Virus record (IMG/VR): IMGVR_UViG_3300037467_002096
Span: 1-39,072 of that record
Length of the DNA: 39,072 nt
Source: a virus
Lineage: Duplodnaviria > Caudoviricetes
Reading direction: 5' to 3' (one strand)
Part shown: positions 15,424-25,014 of the stretch, one piece after another
Position numbering within the stretch: position 1 is the first letter of the stretch
How the letters are laid out: every line of letters begins with the position of its first letter
Made by a program: the position numbers and the translations under genes
The notes under the pieces: model-generated
The model's database searches: none
The model's input: the letters and a program-made list of their open reading frames with translations, nothing else
What the model was told of the DNA's origin: nothing

Positions 15424-15873
15424 ATGTGTCCAGCACCAAAGGGAAATAAGTTTTGGCAATTAGCCAATTTAGGAAGGAAAGCCCATTACGATCATCCGGA
15501 AGATCTATTAAAAAAGATTCAAGAATACTTCCAAAGATGTAACAAGCGCGGAAAGTATACTCCTACTATTTCAGGACTTGCCGTCTTTTTAGGGTTCAGT
15601 TCCCGTTCTTCATTTGATGACTATTCAAAACGTGGTGAAGAATTTTCGTACATTATTGAACAAGCCAAAGCGTTTATTTCAGCTTGCTATGAACAACAGC
15701 TTTATGGGACGGCTTCCGCGGGTGCTGTATTCGCTTTGAAAAACATGGGATGGAAAGACAAGGTGGAAACTCAGAGTGATGTAAGAGTTGAAGTATTGAA
15801 AGCCGAGGTTGAGATTATTCAATCCAGTTCCGCGGTACCAGTTGCAACCAGTGAAAAGGATATTAAGGAATAA
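15424..15873 (+). CDS. terS: Terminase small subunit (P22 gp3-like)
   Basis: APKGNKFW, PTISGLAVFLG, AVFALKNMGWKDK. Confidence 0.88.
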   Translation: MCPAPKGNKFWQLANLGRKAHYDHPEDLLKKIQEYFQRCNKRGKYTPTISGLAVFLGFSSRSSFDDYSKRGEEFSYIIEQAKAFISACYEQQLYGTASAGAVFALKNMGWKDKVETQSDVRVEVLKAEVEIIQSSSAVPVATSEKDIKE

Positions 15874-15880
15874 ATAACTT

Positions 15881-16102
15881 ATGGAAAGAAAAGATTCTGA
15901 AAAAGTATTAAAAGAGTTGTTTGAGTTAGAACAAGAGCTAGGCATTCCATTAAAGGATAGATTTCACAATTCAGAAGAAGGTAAAAAACAATATAACGCT
16001 TTAATAGAAAGTAAGCCGTCTATATCAGATTCACAGCATGAAAAAACAATAGAGGAATTAACTGCGAAGTTAGAACGGTATAAGCGTGGTGATTTTTCTT
16101 AA
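15881..16102 (+). CDS. Hypothetical protein (insert between terS and terL)
   Basis: 73-aa ORF. Confidence 0.55.
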   Translation: MERKDSEKVLKELFELEQELGIPLKDRFHNSEEGKKQYNALIESKPSISDSQHEKTIEELTAKLERYKRGDFS

Positions 16103-16141
16103 TATTTTAAAGAAGTAATACAGTATTTAACTAAAAATAGA

Positions 16142-16339
16142 GTGGATATGACAATAGAAGAATTTAACAATACAAGATTTAGATCTGGAATGAAAGCAAA
16201 ATACAGAGGCGGAGAATATCCTATTATGACCGTAGACTTTTTAGAAGCTTTAATAGGCCTTGACTTACATCTTATGGGAGCAGAAGAAGCAGAGGTAAGC
16301 TGGGTACGTTGTGAAAATATAGAATTAATTAAGGAGTAG
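16142..16339 (+). CDS. Hypothetical SH3-like small protein
   Basis: 65 aa, beta-rich, WVRCENIEL. Confidence 0.55.
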   Translation: MDMTIEEFNNTRFRSGMKAKYRGGEYPIMTVDFLEALIGLDLHLMGAEEAEVSWVRCENIELIKE

Positions 16340-16343
16340 ATTA

Positions 16344-16659
16344 AACCAAAGATAACAGTAATATGATATACAAAAATGCAAAATATGGAGAAGTTGAAAA
16401 TGTTACCATTTTAGAATTTGGCAAAGGTGATATTTTAGTGTGTAATGCCTCCAACGATAAATACAAGCATGAGTCTATAATTTTTAAGTCTCAAGATCCA
16501 ACTCCAATAGGAACAGAAGATTCTACTTTTACCGGGAAAACTACAAATGAATATGCTCCCGAAGTAATGATGATATTCACTAAGCCCGAATCAATAGATG
16601 TGGTAATTGATCATCTGCAAAAATGTAAAGATAAATTGATTAACCAAAGATAACAGTAA
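16344..16659 (+). repeat. 18-bp direct repeat AACCAAAGATAACAGTAA flanking one ORF
   Basis: Copies at 16344-16361 and 16642-16659. Confidence 0.8.
16363..16653 (+). CDS. Hypothetical phage protein
   Basis: LEFGKGDI...FTKPESIDVVI..L pattern. Confidence 0.65.
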   Translation: MIYKNAKYGEVENVTILEFGKGDILVCNASNDKYKHESIIFKSQDPTPIGTEDSTFTGKTTNEYAPEVMMIFTKPESIDVVIDHLQKCKDKLINQR

Positions 16660-16706
16660 ATAAAAAAGAGGAATAGAGTATTTCGTTTCTTAATCAAAAA
16701 TAATAA

Positions 16707-17873
16707 ATGTTCAAAGCCTCCACACTTTACGAAGTAAACTATAATTGTCAAGCTCAGATTGTAGTGAACCAGGGAGGAACCTCTTCGGGTAAAACATATT
16801 CTATCCTGCAGGTAATTTTTACAATACTTTCCCAACATGAAAATTGGATTGCAACTGTAGTTGGTCAAGATATTCCAAACTTGAAAGCCGGTGCGCTTCG
16901 TGATGCATTAGATATTTATAACAATTCTAAGATACTTCAAAGCTTAATCCGAGATTATAATAAAACAGATAGGATTTTTACCTTTAACAATGGTTCTGTT
17001 CTTGAGTTTAAATCTTATGACAATTCCCAGGATGCCAAATCAGGAAAGAGACATATTTTATTTATCAATGAGGCAAACGGGATTCATTACAATGTATATG
17101 AGGAGCTTTCCCTTCGTACAAAGGTTAGGGAGTTTATTGATTATAATCCGAACGCTGAATTCTGGGTTCATGAATCTCTGATTGGAAAACCTAATGTACA
17201 ATTATTCATTTCCGATCACAGACACAATCCATTTATTTCGTACCTGCAAAGGCAAAAGATTGAAGCTTTAAAAGAAAAAGATATTGAGCTTTGGAAAGTG
17301 TATGCACGTGGAATGACTGGAAAGATTGAGGGTTTAATTTTCCGGAACTGGTCAATCGTGGATGAACTTCCAAAAGATGCCAAGTTTGTTGGAACTGGTC
17401 TGGACTTCGGATTTACAAATGATGTTACAGCCATTCCCATTGTATTCATGCAAAACGGTGAATTGTACATTGATGAATTGGTTTATGAATCCTGCCTGAC
17501 CAATCCGGATATTTGCAAGAAGCTTGACGGACTTAAATATGATAAACGGCTTGATTTAATCGCTGATTCTTCCGAGCCGAAATCCATCGAAGAAATCAGG
17601 CGGTTTGGGTACCGGATCGAGGCAGCAATGAAAGGACCTGATTCCGTGAACAATTCCATTGACATTTTAAAGCGGTACCACTGGAATGTTACCCGAAGAA
17701 GTGTTAATTTACGGAAAGAGCTGAATAACTATAAATGGAAAGTTGATAAGGCAACCGGAAAACCATTGAATGAACCGGTTGACGCGTTCAACCATGCCAT
17801 CGATGCTGTTAGGTATGTTGGATTGAACCGGTTAGCTCAGAAATCAACTGGACGGATTAGAACTACAATTTAA
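16707..17873 (+). CDS. terL: Terminase large subunit, PBSX-type
   Basis: QGGTSSGKT, ILFINE, DYNP, GLDFGF, ADSSEP, NHAIDAVRY. Confidence 0.95.
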   Translation: MFKASTLYEVNYNCQAQIVVNQGGTSSGKTYSILQVIFTILSQHENWIATVVGQDIPNLKAGALRDALDIYNNSKILQSLIRDYNKTDRIFTFNNGSVLEFKSYDNSQDAKSGKRHILFINEANGIHYNVYEELSLRTKVREFIDYNPNAEFWVHESLIGKPNVQLFISDHRHNPFISYLQRQKIEALKEKDIELWKVYARGMTGKIEGLIFRNWSIVDELPKDAKFVGTGLDFGFTNDVTAIPIVFMQNGELYIDELVYESCLTNPDICKKLDGLKYDKRLDLIADSSEPKSIEEIRRFGYRIEAAMKGPDSVNNSIDILKRYHWNVTRRSVNLRKELNNYKWKVDKATGKPLNEPVDAFNHAIDAVRYVGLNRLAQKSTGRIRTTI

Positions 17874-17874
17874 A

Positions 17875-18123
17875 ATGAACAAAGTTATAATTGTTGGACC
17901 TGGCCAAAGTGAATTTTTTAGAATGATTACTTCATCTAAAGGTATGCAACCTTATTTAGAGGATGTTAAAACAATTTGTATCTCAATGGTTAAAGCTTCC
18001 GAACCAATGAAATTGGAGCTTGATAAATTAATGTTAAGTAATCCTATTGTCATTCCAACTAAATTCAAGCATCGATTACCAAGAAAAGCCAAGAAACTAT
18101 TAAAGAAGAAAAACCTTTTATGA
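17875..18123 (+). CDS. Hypothetical protein
   Basis: 82 aa, basic RLPRKAKK C-terminus. Confidence 0.55.
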   Translation: MNKVIIVGPGQSEFFRMITSSKGMQPYLEDVKTICISMVKASEPMKLELDKLMLSNPIVIPTKFKHRLPRKAKKLLKKKNLL

Positions 18124-18521
18124 AAAACTCTCATAACGTTCTTTATATTGAAAGCCTTGATACTTTGCTGGATGATGATCCCTTTAGTGAAAGCATTAGT
18201 TATTATATCAAAGCATTCGTTAATTTCAAAATACAGTTCATTTGTCCTGTTACTGGAAATAAATTTAAAGAAATAGAATTGATTACTTCCGGAAAGGCAA
18301 AAAATGAAATGGATGCTTTTAAAATTGCAGTTCAATCAATTTTGGATGGTGATTTTTATGATGTTTATCCTAAAACATATAATGTTTCTTTTGATTGCCA
18401 GCCACACAAAGGAATAGATCATTTAGAAATGAGACACCTTCCGGAACAATGGCAAAATTTATTTAGGGAAATTTTTGATATTTCTAAGTACTCAATCGAA
18501 AAATTACAATTACCAAAATGA
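18120..18521 (+). CDS. Hypothetical protein
   Basis: ATGA-coupled 133-aa ORF. Confidence 0.55.
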   Translation: MKNSHNVLYIESLDTLLDDDPFSESISYYIKAFVNFKIQFICPVTGNKFKEIELITSGKAKNEMDAFKIAVQSILDGDFYDVYPKTYNVSFDCQPHKGIDHLEMRHLPEQWQNLFREIFDISKYSIEKLQLPK

Positions 18522-18594
18522 CCAAACGACCAGTTGGAGCAAATCTCAAAAGAGCTGAGTAAACAAGTGAATAGAATAATTAAGAATTTTAAGG

Positions 18595-18744
18595 ATGAAA
18601 AGAAATAAGACAGATCATATTCATGTAGTTCTTCCGTCTGGAGGAATAGCTAATGTTTCTCCTAATTGTTCTATTCAGACATTAAAAGCATTAGATAAAC
18701 TTTGTGAATTAGCCAAAGAAAAGTTTTCCAATGAAAAGAAATAG
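18595..18744 (+). CDS. Small hypothetical protein (49 aa, not in ORF track)
   Basis: MKRNKTDHIHVVLPSGGIANVSPNCS...; overlaps the next start. Confidence 0.45.
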   Translation: MKRNKTDHIHVVLPSGGIANVSPNCSIQTLKALDKLCELAKEKFSNEKK

Positions 18745-19015
18745 AAAGGTAACGTTCTATTTATCCCTATTCTTCGGGTTTACGGGCGTACACTACATTT
18801 ACTTAGGTGAGCTTATTTATTTCTTTGCTTACTTGTGTATGTGTCTTACTGTTTTTCTCATTCCCCTTGCAATGATATATTCATTTTTTGAAGCATACTA
18901 TTTTTATAAAATGTCGGATTATCACTTCGATAATAAGTGGAACATTGAGAAAGTAAAGGGAACCGAGACTTTAGATAAATTATTGAATCATATCGACGAA
19001 AAAGTTAATAACTAA
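18731..19015 (+). CDS. TM2/NINE-domain membrane protein
   Basis: LSLFFGFTGVHYIYLG followed by a TM helix and MSDYHFD. Confidence 0.75.
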   Translation: MKRNRKVTFYLSLFFGFTGVHYIYLGELIYFFAYLCMCLTVFLIPLAMIYSFFEAYYFYKMSDYHFDNKWNIEKVKGTETLDKLLNHIDEKVNN

Positions 19016-19038
19016 TTTTTCATTTTTTATAATCCTAC

Positions 19039-19060
19039 GATAGTATTTAAACTACAATTG
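19039..19060 (+). promoter_or_regulatory. Candidate late promoter GATAGTA-N7-TACAATTG
   Basis: Same motif and spacing as 30638-30659; both precede structural operons. Confidence 0.5.
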
Positions 19061-19080
19061 CGCTGTAAGCCATTTACAGC

Positions 19081-19856
19081 ATGATTGATTTTAAGTTAGC
19101 AGGTAAACACGAATTTATACTTCCTTCCAACTACGGTGAATTAACACTGAAACAATTCTTTGCTTTAAGAAAATCATCAGGTGATATCATTGAAGGACTT
19201 TCCATTTTATCCGGATTAGATAGGTCATTTTGGGAGCAATACAAGGACACAAACATTGATGAAAAAATTCTTCCTTATTTGGAATGGATGAAAGATGATT
19301 TCAATCTTGAGGTTGCTCGTTTTATTCTTCCTGATAAGTTAAATATCAATGGTACTTACTACAAAAGACCGGATTCAATCGGAGCTGAAACATTCGGCCA
19401 AAAGATAGCACTTCAAAAGGAAGCTGAGCGGTTTAATAAAGAAGGTGGAAATGAAATTGATTTAATTCCTTTTGTTCTCGCTTTATATTTTCAAAAGGAA
19501 TACTTCCAAAACAAGCTTTATAATTCAGACCAGGTTCAAGAGCTTATTCCATTGATAATGGATTGTAAAATTTCTGAGGCTTATCCAATAGCCAGTTTTT
19601 TTTTAATCAATTACGGGAAATCCTTGCAAATGAAAAAAGCCGGCTTTCTTTCGATCCTAGCGCGGAAGAAGTTCAAGCAGGAATCAGCAGGTTTGAAAAA
19701 TTCGGAGAGTTTGGAACAATATACGCCCTTTCGAAGAATCTTAATAAAGACTTTGAGGAAGTTTTACAGCTGGATTACAATACGGTATTCCTCACGCTTT
19801 GGTATGAAAAAGAATCAGCCGAATACCAAAAGCGCTTGAATAAAATATTGAGGTAA
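19081..19856 (+). CDS. Probable tail assembly chaperone with programmed -1 frameshift (0-frame stop 19839; -1-frame stop 19856)
   Basis: T9 run 19596-19604; -1 frame gives ...FFNQLREILANEKSRLSFDPSAEEVQAGISRFEKFGEFGTIYALS...RLNKILR*. Confidence 0.7.
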
Positions 19857-19907
19857 TTCGCTTGGCTCATAACCAAGAGATCAGAGGTTCGATTCCTCTC
19901 CCCGCAA
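19851..19907 (+). pseudogene. 5'-truncated tRNA-Met(CAT), initiator-like
   Basis: GGTA D-loop remnant, CTTGG-CTCATAA-CCAAG anticodon arm, AGAGG-TTCGATT-CCTCT T-arm, CCCCGCA-A 3' strand; 5' acceptor strand missing. Confidence 0.8.
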
Positions 19908-19922
19908 CTAATCCAAAAGTAA

Positions 19923-20381
19923 ATGATAGTCGATTTAATTAAATCCATTGTACAAAGTTTGCCAGTGACAGATTCCCCAATCTCTTACCCTAACTTTATT
20001 CATGGTGAAAAAGACTATCAAAACCTTTTGGCTGAAGGTGTGAATTTTGATCTGCAAGATGTAACTGTTTTCTTAGATCAGCCTATTTCATCAAATGATG
20101 ATATCAAGAAGAGCGGATATATTGAAGAAACATATCCTTTATCAATGGCATTCCTTAAACGTTCTGAATTGGATTTCACTCCTGACCAACATCAAGTTTT
20201 GATTGATCAGATGAGAGTATTAAGGAAAAGGTTTTTAAATAGGCTTACTTCCAATTCAAATGTTAAATCAGTTAGCTCAGTACAGACAACAGACGCGATA
20301 AATGTATTTGATGTTAACCTTTCTGGAATTGTGATGAAATTAACGGTTGTCACCTTTAACAATGATTCATCATGCCAGTAA
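19923..20381 (+). CDS. Probable tail terminator/completion protein
   Basis: 152-aa alpha/beta protein ending FDVNLSGIVMKLTV; in the tail operon. Confidence 0.5.
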   Translation: MIVDLIKSIVQSLPVTDSPISYPNFIHGEKDYQNLLAEGVNFDLQDVTVFLDQPISSNDDIKKSGYIEETYPLSMAFLKRSELDFTPDQHQVLIDQMRVLRKRFLNRLTSNSNVKSVSSVQTTDAINVFDVNLSGIVMKLTVVTFNNDSSCQ

Positions 20382-20833
20382 CCAACCGAGAATTAATAAG
20401 TCAATTTCTTGAGGCTATTCGGAAGGATATCATTGCAGAACATATTGCACAAGGTCAAAGAGCATCCGGAAGAACCCTTGAAAGTTTTGAAGTAAGCTCA
20501 GGAAATAATTCCGGTCAATTGTTAGCTGCTGATTACGTTGGAGTACTTGAAGACGGTAGAAGGTCCGGAAAGGTTCCATCAAACTTTGCAGCCATAATTC
20601 AAGAGTGGATGAAAGCCAAGGGAATTTTAAATGTTCCCAATCAAGGAAGAATTGCTTTTTTAATAGCTCGAAAGATCAGCCAAGAAGGAACCAAGCTTTT
20701 CAGAAGTGGTGGACAAAGTGGAGTTTTATCAAAAGCACTTTCACCAAGTCGAATTGATGCTTTTGTTGGTTCGTTCGCTGAGAAATATCAAGAGGAAGTT
20801 TTATCTGATATGGTGGAGGCATTTAAAAGATGA
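20372..20833 (+). CDS. Tail completion/neck protein (HK97 gp10-like)
   Basis: ASGRT..S, LEDGRRSGK.P, I..WM..KG, IARKI..EGT. Confidence 0.65.
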   Translation: MPVTNRELISQFLEAIRKDIIAEHIAQGQRASGRTLESFEVSSGNNSGQLLAADYVGVLEDGRRSGKVPSNFAAIIQEWMKAKGILNVPNQGRIAFLIARKISQEGTKLFRSGGQSGVLSKALSPSRIDAFVGSFAEKYQEEVLSDMVEAFKR

Positions 20834-21042
20834 TCAATATTTTAGAAGGTTGGACCAAACATATTTTAAATGAATTTGGCTTGACCGAAGTTCCTCAATT
20901 TGCTCAGTATAGAATGAGTGAGTGCAATAAATGCGAATGGAAGAATAATGATATGTGTAAGGCTTGTGGATGTTATCTTCCTGCAAAAACTTTAGTTAAA
21001 TCAGAAAACTGTCCTTTAAATAAATGGCAACAGTCTCAATAA
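20830..21042 (+). CDS. Small Cys-rich Zn-binding protein
   Basis: R...C..C...C..CGC.L.AK......CP..KW. Confidence 0.7.
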   Translation: MINILEGWTKHILNEFGLTEVPQFAQYRMSECNKCEWKNNDMCKACGCYLPAKTLVKSENCPLNKWQQSQ

Positions 21043-21827
21043 GTGATAGGCCGGTTAAGATCATTTCAAACGGTAGTCCTGTAATTACCTCGCGTTGGGT
21101 TGCAGCATGGAATCCCATTGTTTATACATTTACATTTACTGATTTAACAGATATTACTTCCAACCTGGTTGTTTATTTATACGAATTCGGAACCAATACG
21201 CTTTTATCAAAGGCCAATTACAAACCAATTAACGGATCCTTAAAGGTAAATCTTTCAAGCTTTATTAAGGCTTACCTTTCTCATAATTACTCACCTAATT
21301 TCTCCAATGGAATAAATTCTAAGGATTCAGGAAGTACAATCAAGTTTTATATTAAATATCAGCTAAATACCTCAACAACTACAGGCTCGATAATTTCCGA
21401 TGAATCAAATTATTTGTACGTTACAAATTCAGTAAAGCAAATAGGAGAAGTATACGGTCAAAACATGGCCGAATTTGTTCCATATGGTCAAGAAGATGTA
21501 TTAAAAGCAAAATTCTTAACCAAGTTTGATGAACCAGTTTATTTTGATGGGTATCCATTCACCTTATCATTCATATATTCAGAATTGATTATTAATCATG
21601 AATTAAAGCTTGTTGAGGACCGTAAAAATATTAATGCAGTTCATCTGAGTTCAAATGAAACCCAACTTGATACAAGCCAAGGATATTCAATCAACTATAT
21701 AAAACTTCAGGATTCATATACTTCTAATGTTGAATATGTTGATGTAAGTATTTCAACAGGTCAGCCGAAGAGCGAAAATTATGTTTATCAAGGTTATGTT
21801 ACTCAAGGTTATCAGGAGGCGCGATAA
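21024..21827 (+). CDS. Tail/baseplate structural protein
   Basis: Beta-rich; AWNPIVY, FLT..PVYFDGYPF. Confidence 0.6.
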   Translation: MATVSISDRPVKIISNGSPVITSRWVAAWNPIVYTFTFTDLTDITSNLVVYLYEFGTNTLLSKANYKPINGSLKVNLSSFIKAYLSHNYSPNFSNGINSKDSGSTIKFYIKYQLNTSTTTGSIISDESNYLYVTNSVKQIGEVYGQNMAEFVPYGQEDVLKAKFLTKFDEPVYFDGYPFTLSFIYSELIINHELKLVEDRKNINAVHLSSNETQLDTSQGYSINYIKLQDSYTSNVEYVDVSISTGQPKSENYVYQGYVTQGYQEAR

Positions 21828-22841
21828 ATGGCAATATATTTCTATAGATTATATAATTCTTCAACAAGTTCTCAGCAGAGGTATTATTATAATACTGCAA
21901 CTAGAACGGCTTACACTGATGTTGTAGGTGGTTCTTTTATTGCTGGTTCAACTCTTCAATCATCACAAAATACAGTAATTGACGTTTATCAAAAAGGTCC
22001 AAGCACCGTTGCAATTGTTACCTATAACAATACTTTTAATAGTGGTAATAATACAACTTATCCAAGATTGTACCTTAATGAAACAATTGTTGCGGGTACT
22101 AGTGGAGATACAAACAATGTTTTATTATATAGAAAATGTAATTCATCGGCTTCTCCTCCTACTCTTGAATTTGGCGTTTATAGTTTAATTACTAAAGAGG
22201 TTACAATCTTCTTCTTGCCTCTTCCATATGATTTAAATGGAAATTCAATTTGTATTCCATTTGCTCTTGATACTTCTACCATAATTCAACAACAATGTAT
22301 AGGAACTACTCTAAGAAGGGTATATTACAATGGAACAAATGGAGTTAATATTGTTGATACTCCAAACAGTACCATTTGCGGTTATGTTGCTCCCGTTCCT
22401 GATGTAGTTGTTACCGAAGTAAAGCGAGTTAGAATTATTCGGAATTGTGATATCAATCCAATATTCCTAGTTTGGAAAAATTCCCTTGGTGGATGGGATC
22501 AGTGGTTATTCCATCATAACCAGACCCAAAATAAAGCAACTGAAGATTTAGGAGAATTTGTTCAACCTATTTACGATTTAGAATCGGCAGAAGGAACATT
22601 TGAATCTTTAGGAAAAAATATTACTGATTCAATGATTTTAGGTGCTAGTAATTTAACTAAGAATCAAAAGGATGTTATTTCTGAAATTCTTGAATCACCT
22701 AAAGTTTACATGGTCCAAAAAGATAAATCTAAGCAGGTTGTAAATATTAAGCCTGGAACATTCTCCTTCGAAACCAAGGACCGATTGCATACTGTAGAAT
22801 TTGAAATCATTCTTCCACAAAAGTATACAATGAAACGATGA
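21828..22841 (+). CDS. Tail/baseplate (Dit-like) structural protein
   Basis: WKNSLGGWDQWLF and ILESPKVY in C-terminal half. Confidence 0.6.
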   Translation: MAIYFYRLYNSSTSSQQRYYYNTATRTAYTDVVGGSFIAGSTLQSSQNTVIDVYQKGPSTVAIVTYNNTFNSGNNTTYPRLYLNETIVAGTSGDTNNVLLYRKCNSSASPPTLEFGVYSLITKEVTIFFLPLPYDLNGNSICIPFALDTSTIIQQQCIGTTLRRVYYNGTNGVNIVDTPNSTICGYVAPVPDVVVTEVKRVRIIRNCDINPIFLVWKNSLGGWDQWLFHHNQTQNKATEDLGEFVQPIYDLESAEGTFESLGKNITDSMILGASNLTKNQKDVISEILESPKVYMVQKDKSKQVVNIKPGTFSFETKDRLHTVEFEIILPQKYTMKR

Positions 22842-25003
22842 GGGAATTGTGGTTAAATAATCAATTGGTTGATCTTGATGATAAAGAGCCTATAGCTATT
22901 ACTAAGCAAGTTAATAATCTTAATGAGCTGAAAGATAGACAGGCTAATTATTCCAATCAATTTAAAATTCCACCATCTGAAAATAATCTTCGTATTTGCG
23001 GTTATCCAAATATTGTTTCAAGTGATAGTATTAATCCGTATACAAAGTTACCATGTAGGTATATTGAGAATGGAACAGAACAAATTTCTAATGGTTATGC
23101 TATTATTGAAATTTTTGATATTGATATCCAAGTAACTTTATACAGTGGCATACTTGATTTCTTTGATTTGATTGCTGATAAATCCCTTAGAGATTTAGAT
23201 TTTTCGGATGCTGACCATATTTTCAATTTGACAAATTTTGTAAACAGTTTTTCAAATGATAAATATGTTTATCCTTTAATTCAGTGGGGGGCAACTGATA
23301 AAAACAATTTAATCGTTGATATCAGGTATCAATTACCAGCTTTATACTATTCTTATATTCTTGATAAAATATTTTCAGCAACAGGATATAATAAAAGCGG
23401 AAATGTTTTTGCGTTGGATTCATACAAAGCTTTGACTGTTCCAATTGTTGAGGATGCTTTATATGATTCAGAAGCTGTTCTTCATTCTTACAGCTTTGAA
23501 GCACATATTCAAAATCAAGTTACTTATACATTAAATGCCCAATCAAGGACAATTGATGTATTTAGCTATTTTAGTTCAGGATCAGCTTTTGATTCTTCTG
23601 CAGGTTTTTACAAAGCAGGATTTTCAAAATACCAACCAGGAAATAAAGTTACAGGAAATGCAAAGATTGAACTTTGGATTCAAGCTTCAGGAGGAAGCGG
23701 TGAAATTATTCTAGTAAAAAATACCTCATCTGTTAATTCAAATATATTGGATCGTGTATCGGTTGCCAATGGATTTACCGGAAGAATCGTTTTAAGCGCT
23801 GATAATATTACCTTAGAACCAGGTGAAACAATTTTTGTATACATAAATACTTTCTATGGTAAACTTACCATTTATCCCACTTCAAATACTTCACCTGCTT
23901 CTTATTCATATTTCGCATTTACTGCAACCAATACAATTGATTTAGGTCAGAAGCTTATATTTAAAAACCTGGTACCTGATATCAAGCAAACAGATTTTAT
24001 AAAAGATCTCGCTTATGAATATGGATTGATTTTTCAAATTGATCCCATTGCACAAACTGTTAATTTTGTCCAGTTCAACGAAATAGCCAATAAAAAATAT
24101 ATACTTGAAAGGCTTGATGCCACAATTCAAAACCTCAAGAAACAATATCCAAAAGCTAAGTTTGATTTACTTATTAGACAATTAACTGCATTAGCGGAAG
24201 AACAAATCCCTTATGATTGGTCTGACAAGATCTACTATAACTCACAAGATCCAAGGGATCCTAATAATCCTAAATTACAATTTAGATTTGATGGGTATGG
24301 ACAAAAAAGTTATTTGAGATGGAACCAAGATGATGATCGGGGAACAATTGGAGATGATGCAATTATTATAAATGATAATACGCTTCAACCAACAACTGAT
24401 TTATTTACAACAACCTTTTCTTCATCACTTCAGGAAGTTAATTTTAAAGGTGCTGTTGGTGTAAATATAAAAAGGTTTACTAGGGTTGAGGCTGATACGT
24501 ATAGTCCAACACAAGATTATTCAGAAGGCGATAAGGCTTTATATAATGAAATTGTATATGAGGCGCTTGGAGATGTTTCAGGTGTTACTCCTGGTACTGA
24601 TCCCGATTCTTGGAAAGTTGTTTTTCCTCAATATGAAAAAACTGAATCAGCATCACCAAGATTGTTATTGATTAAAAATTATGATATCAACACTCTTACC
24701 TATACTGATGGAACAAGCTCGACGAATGTTGCATTTGCTAAAATGGCATACTTCGCAGATTCAAGTCAACCGTTTGATTTGACATTTCAATATTTAATTG
24801 AAAATAATTATTCCGGTTTTGTAAGTGTATTGAATAAGTTAAAAGTTGTTACTGCTTATTTCTGGCTTGATGATAACGAATTCAAGGATTTTAATTTTTT
24901 CAAACCTGTTTATATAGAATTATTTGGAGACTATTTCTATGTTAATGTGATTTCAAACCGTGTTTCTGGGAGGCTGGCACAAGTTGAAATTGTTAGGCTT
25001 TAA
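22838..25003 (+). CDS. Tail tip/hub protein with a CBM5/12-like insert
   Basis: ANYSNQFKIP..ENN N-terminus; YSEGD...YN..VY...TPGTD...W; FFKPVY...YFYVN.I C-terminus. Confidence 0.7.
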   Translation: MRELWLNNQLVDLDDKEPIAITKQVNNLNELKDRQANYSNQFKIPPSENNLRICGYPNIVSSDSINPYTKLPCRYIENGTEQISNGYAIIEIFDIDIQVTLYSGILDFFDLIADKSLRDLDFSDADHIFNLTNFVNSFSNDKYVYPLIQWGATDKNNLIVDIRYQLPALYYSYILDKIFSATGYNKSGNVFALDSYKALTVPIVEDALYDSEAVLHSYSFEAHIQNQVTYTLNAQSRTIDVFSYFSSGSAFDSSAGFYKAGFSKYQPGNKVTGNAKIELWIQASGGSGEIILVKNTSSVNSNILDRVSVANGFTGRIVLSADNITLEPGETIFVYINTFYGKLTIYPTSNTSPASYSYFAFTATNTIDLGQKLIFKNLVPDIKQTDFIKDLAYEYGLIFQIDPIAQTVNFVQFNEIANKKYILERLDATIQNLKKQYPKAKFDLLIRQLTALAEEQIPYDWSDKIYYNSQDPRDPNNPKLQFRFDGYGQKSYLRWNQDDDRGTIGDDAIIINDNTLQPTTDLFTTTFSSSLQEVNFKGAVGVNIKRFTRVEADTYSPTQDYSEGDKALYNEIVYEALGDVSGVTPGTDPDSWKVVFPQYEKTESASPRLLLIKNYDINTLTYTDGTSSTNVAFAKMAYFADSSQPFDLTFQYLIENNYSGFVSVLNKLKVVTAYFWLDDNEFKDFNFFKPVYIELFGDYFYVNVISNRVSGRLAQVEIVRL

Positions 25004-25014
25004 ATAATTCCACC

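Noticed and set aside
17340-17873. Apparent CCGG/CG enrichment in the terL nuclease half suggesting mosaic origin
   Set aside because: Impression by eye only, not quantified; the protein is continuous and canonical
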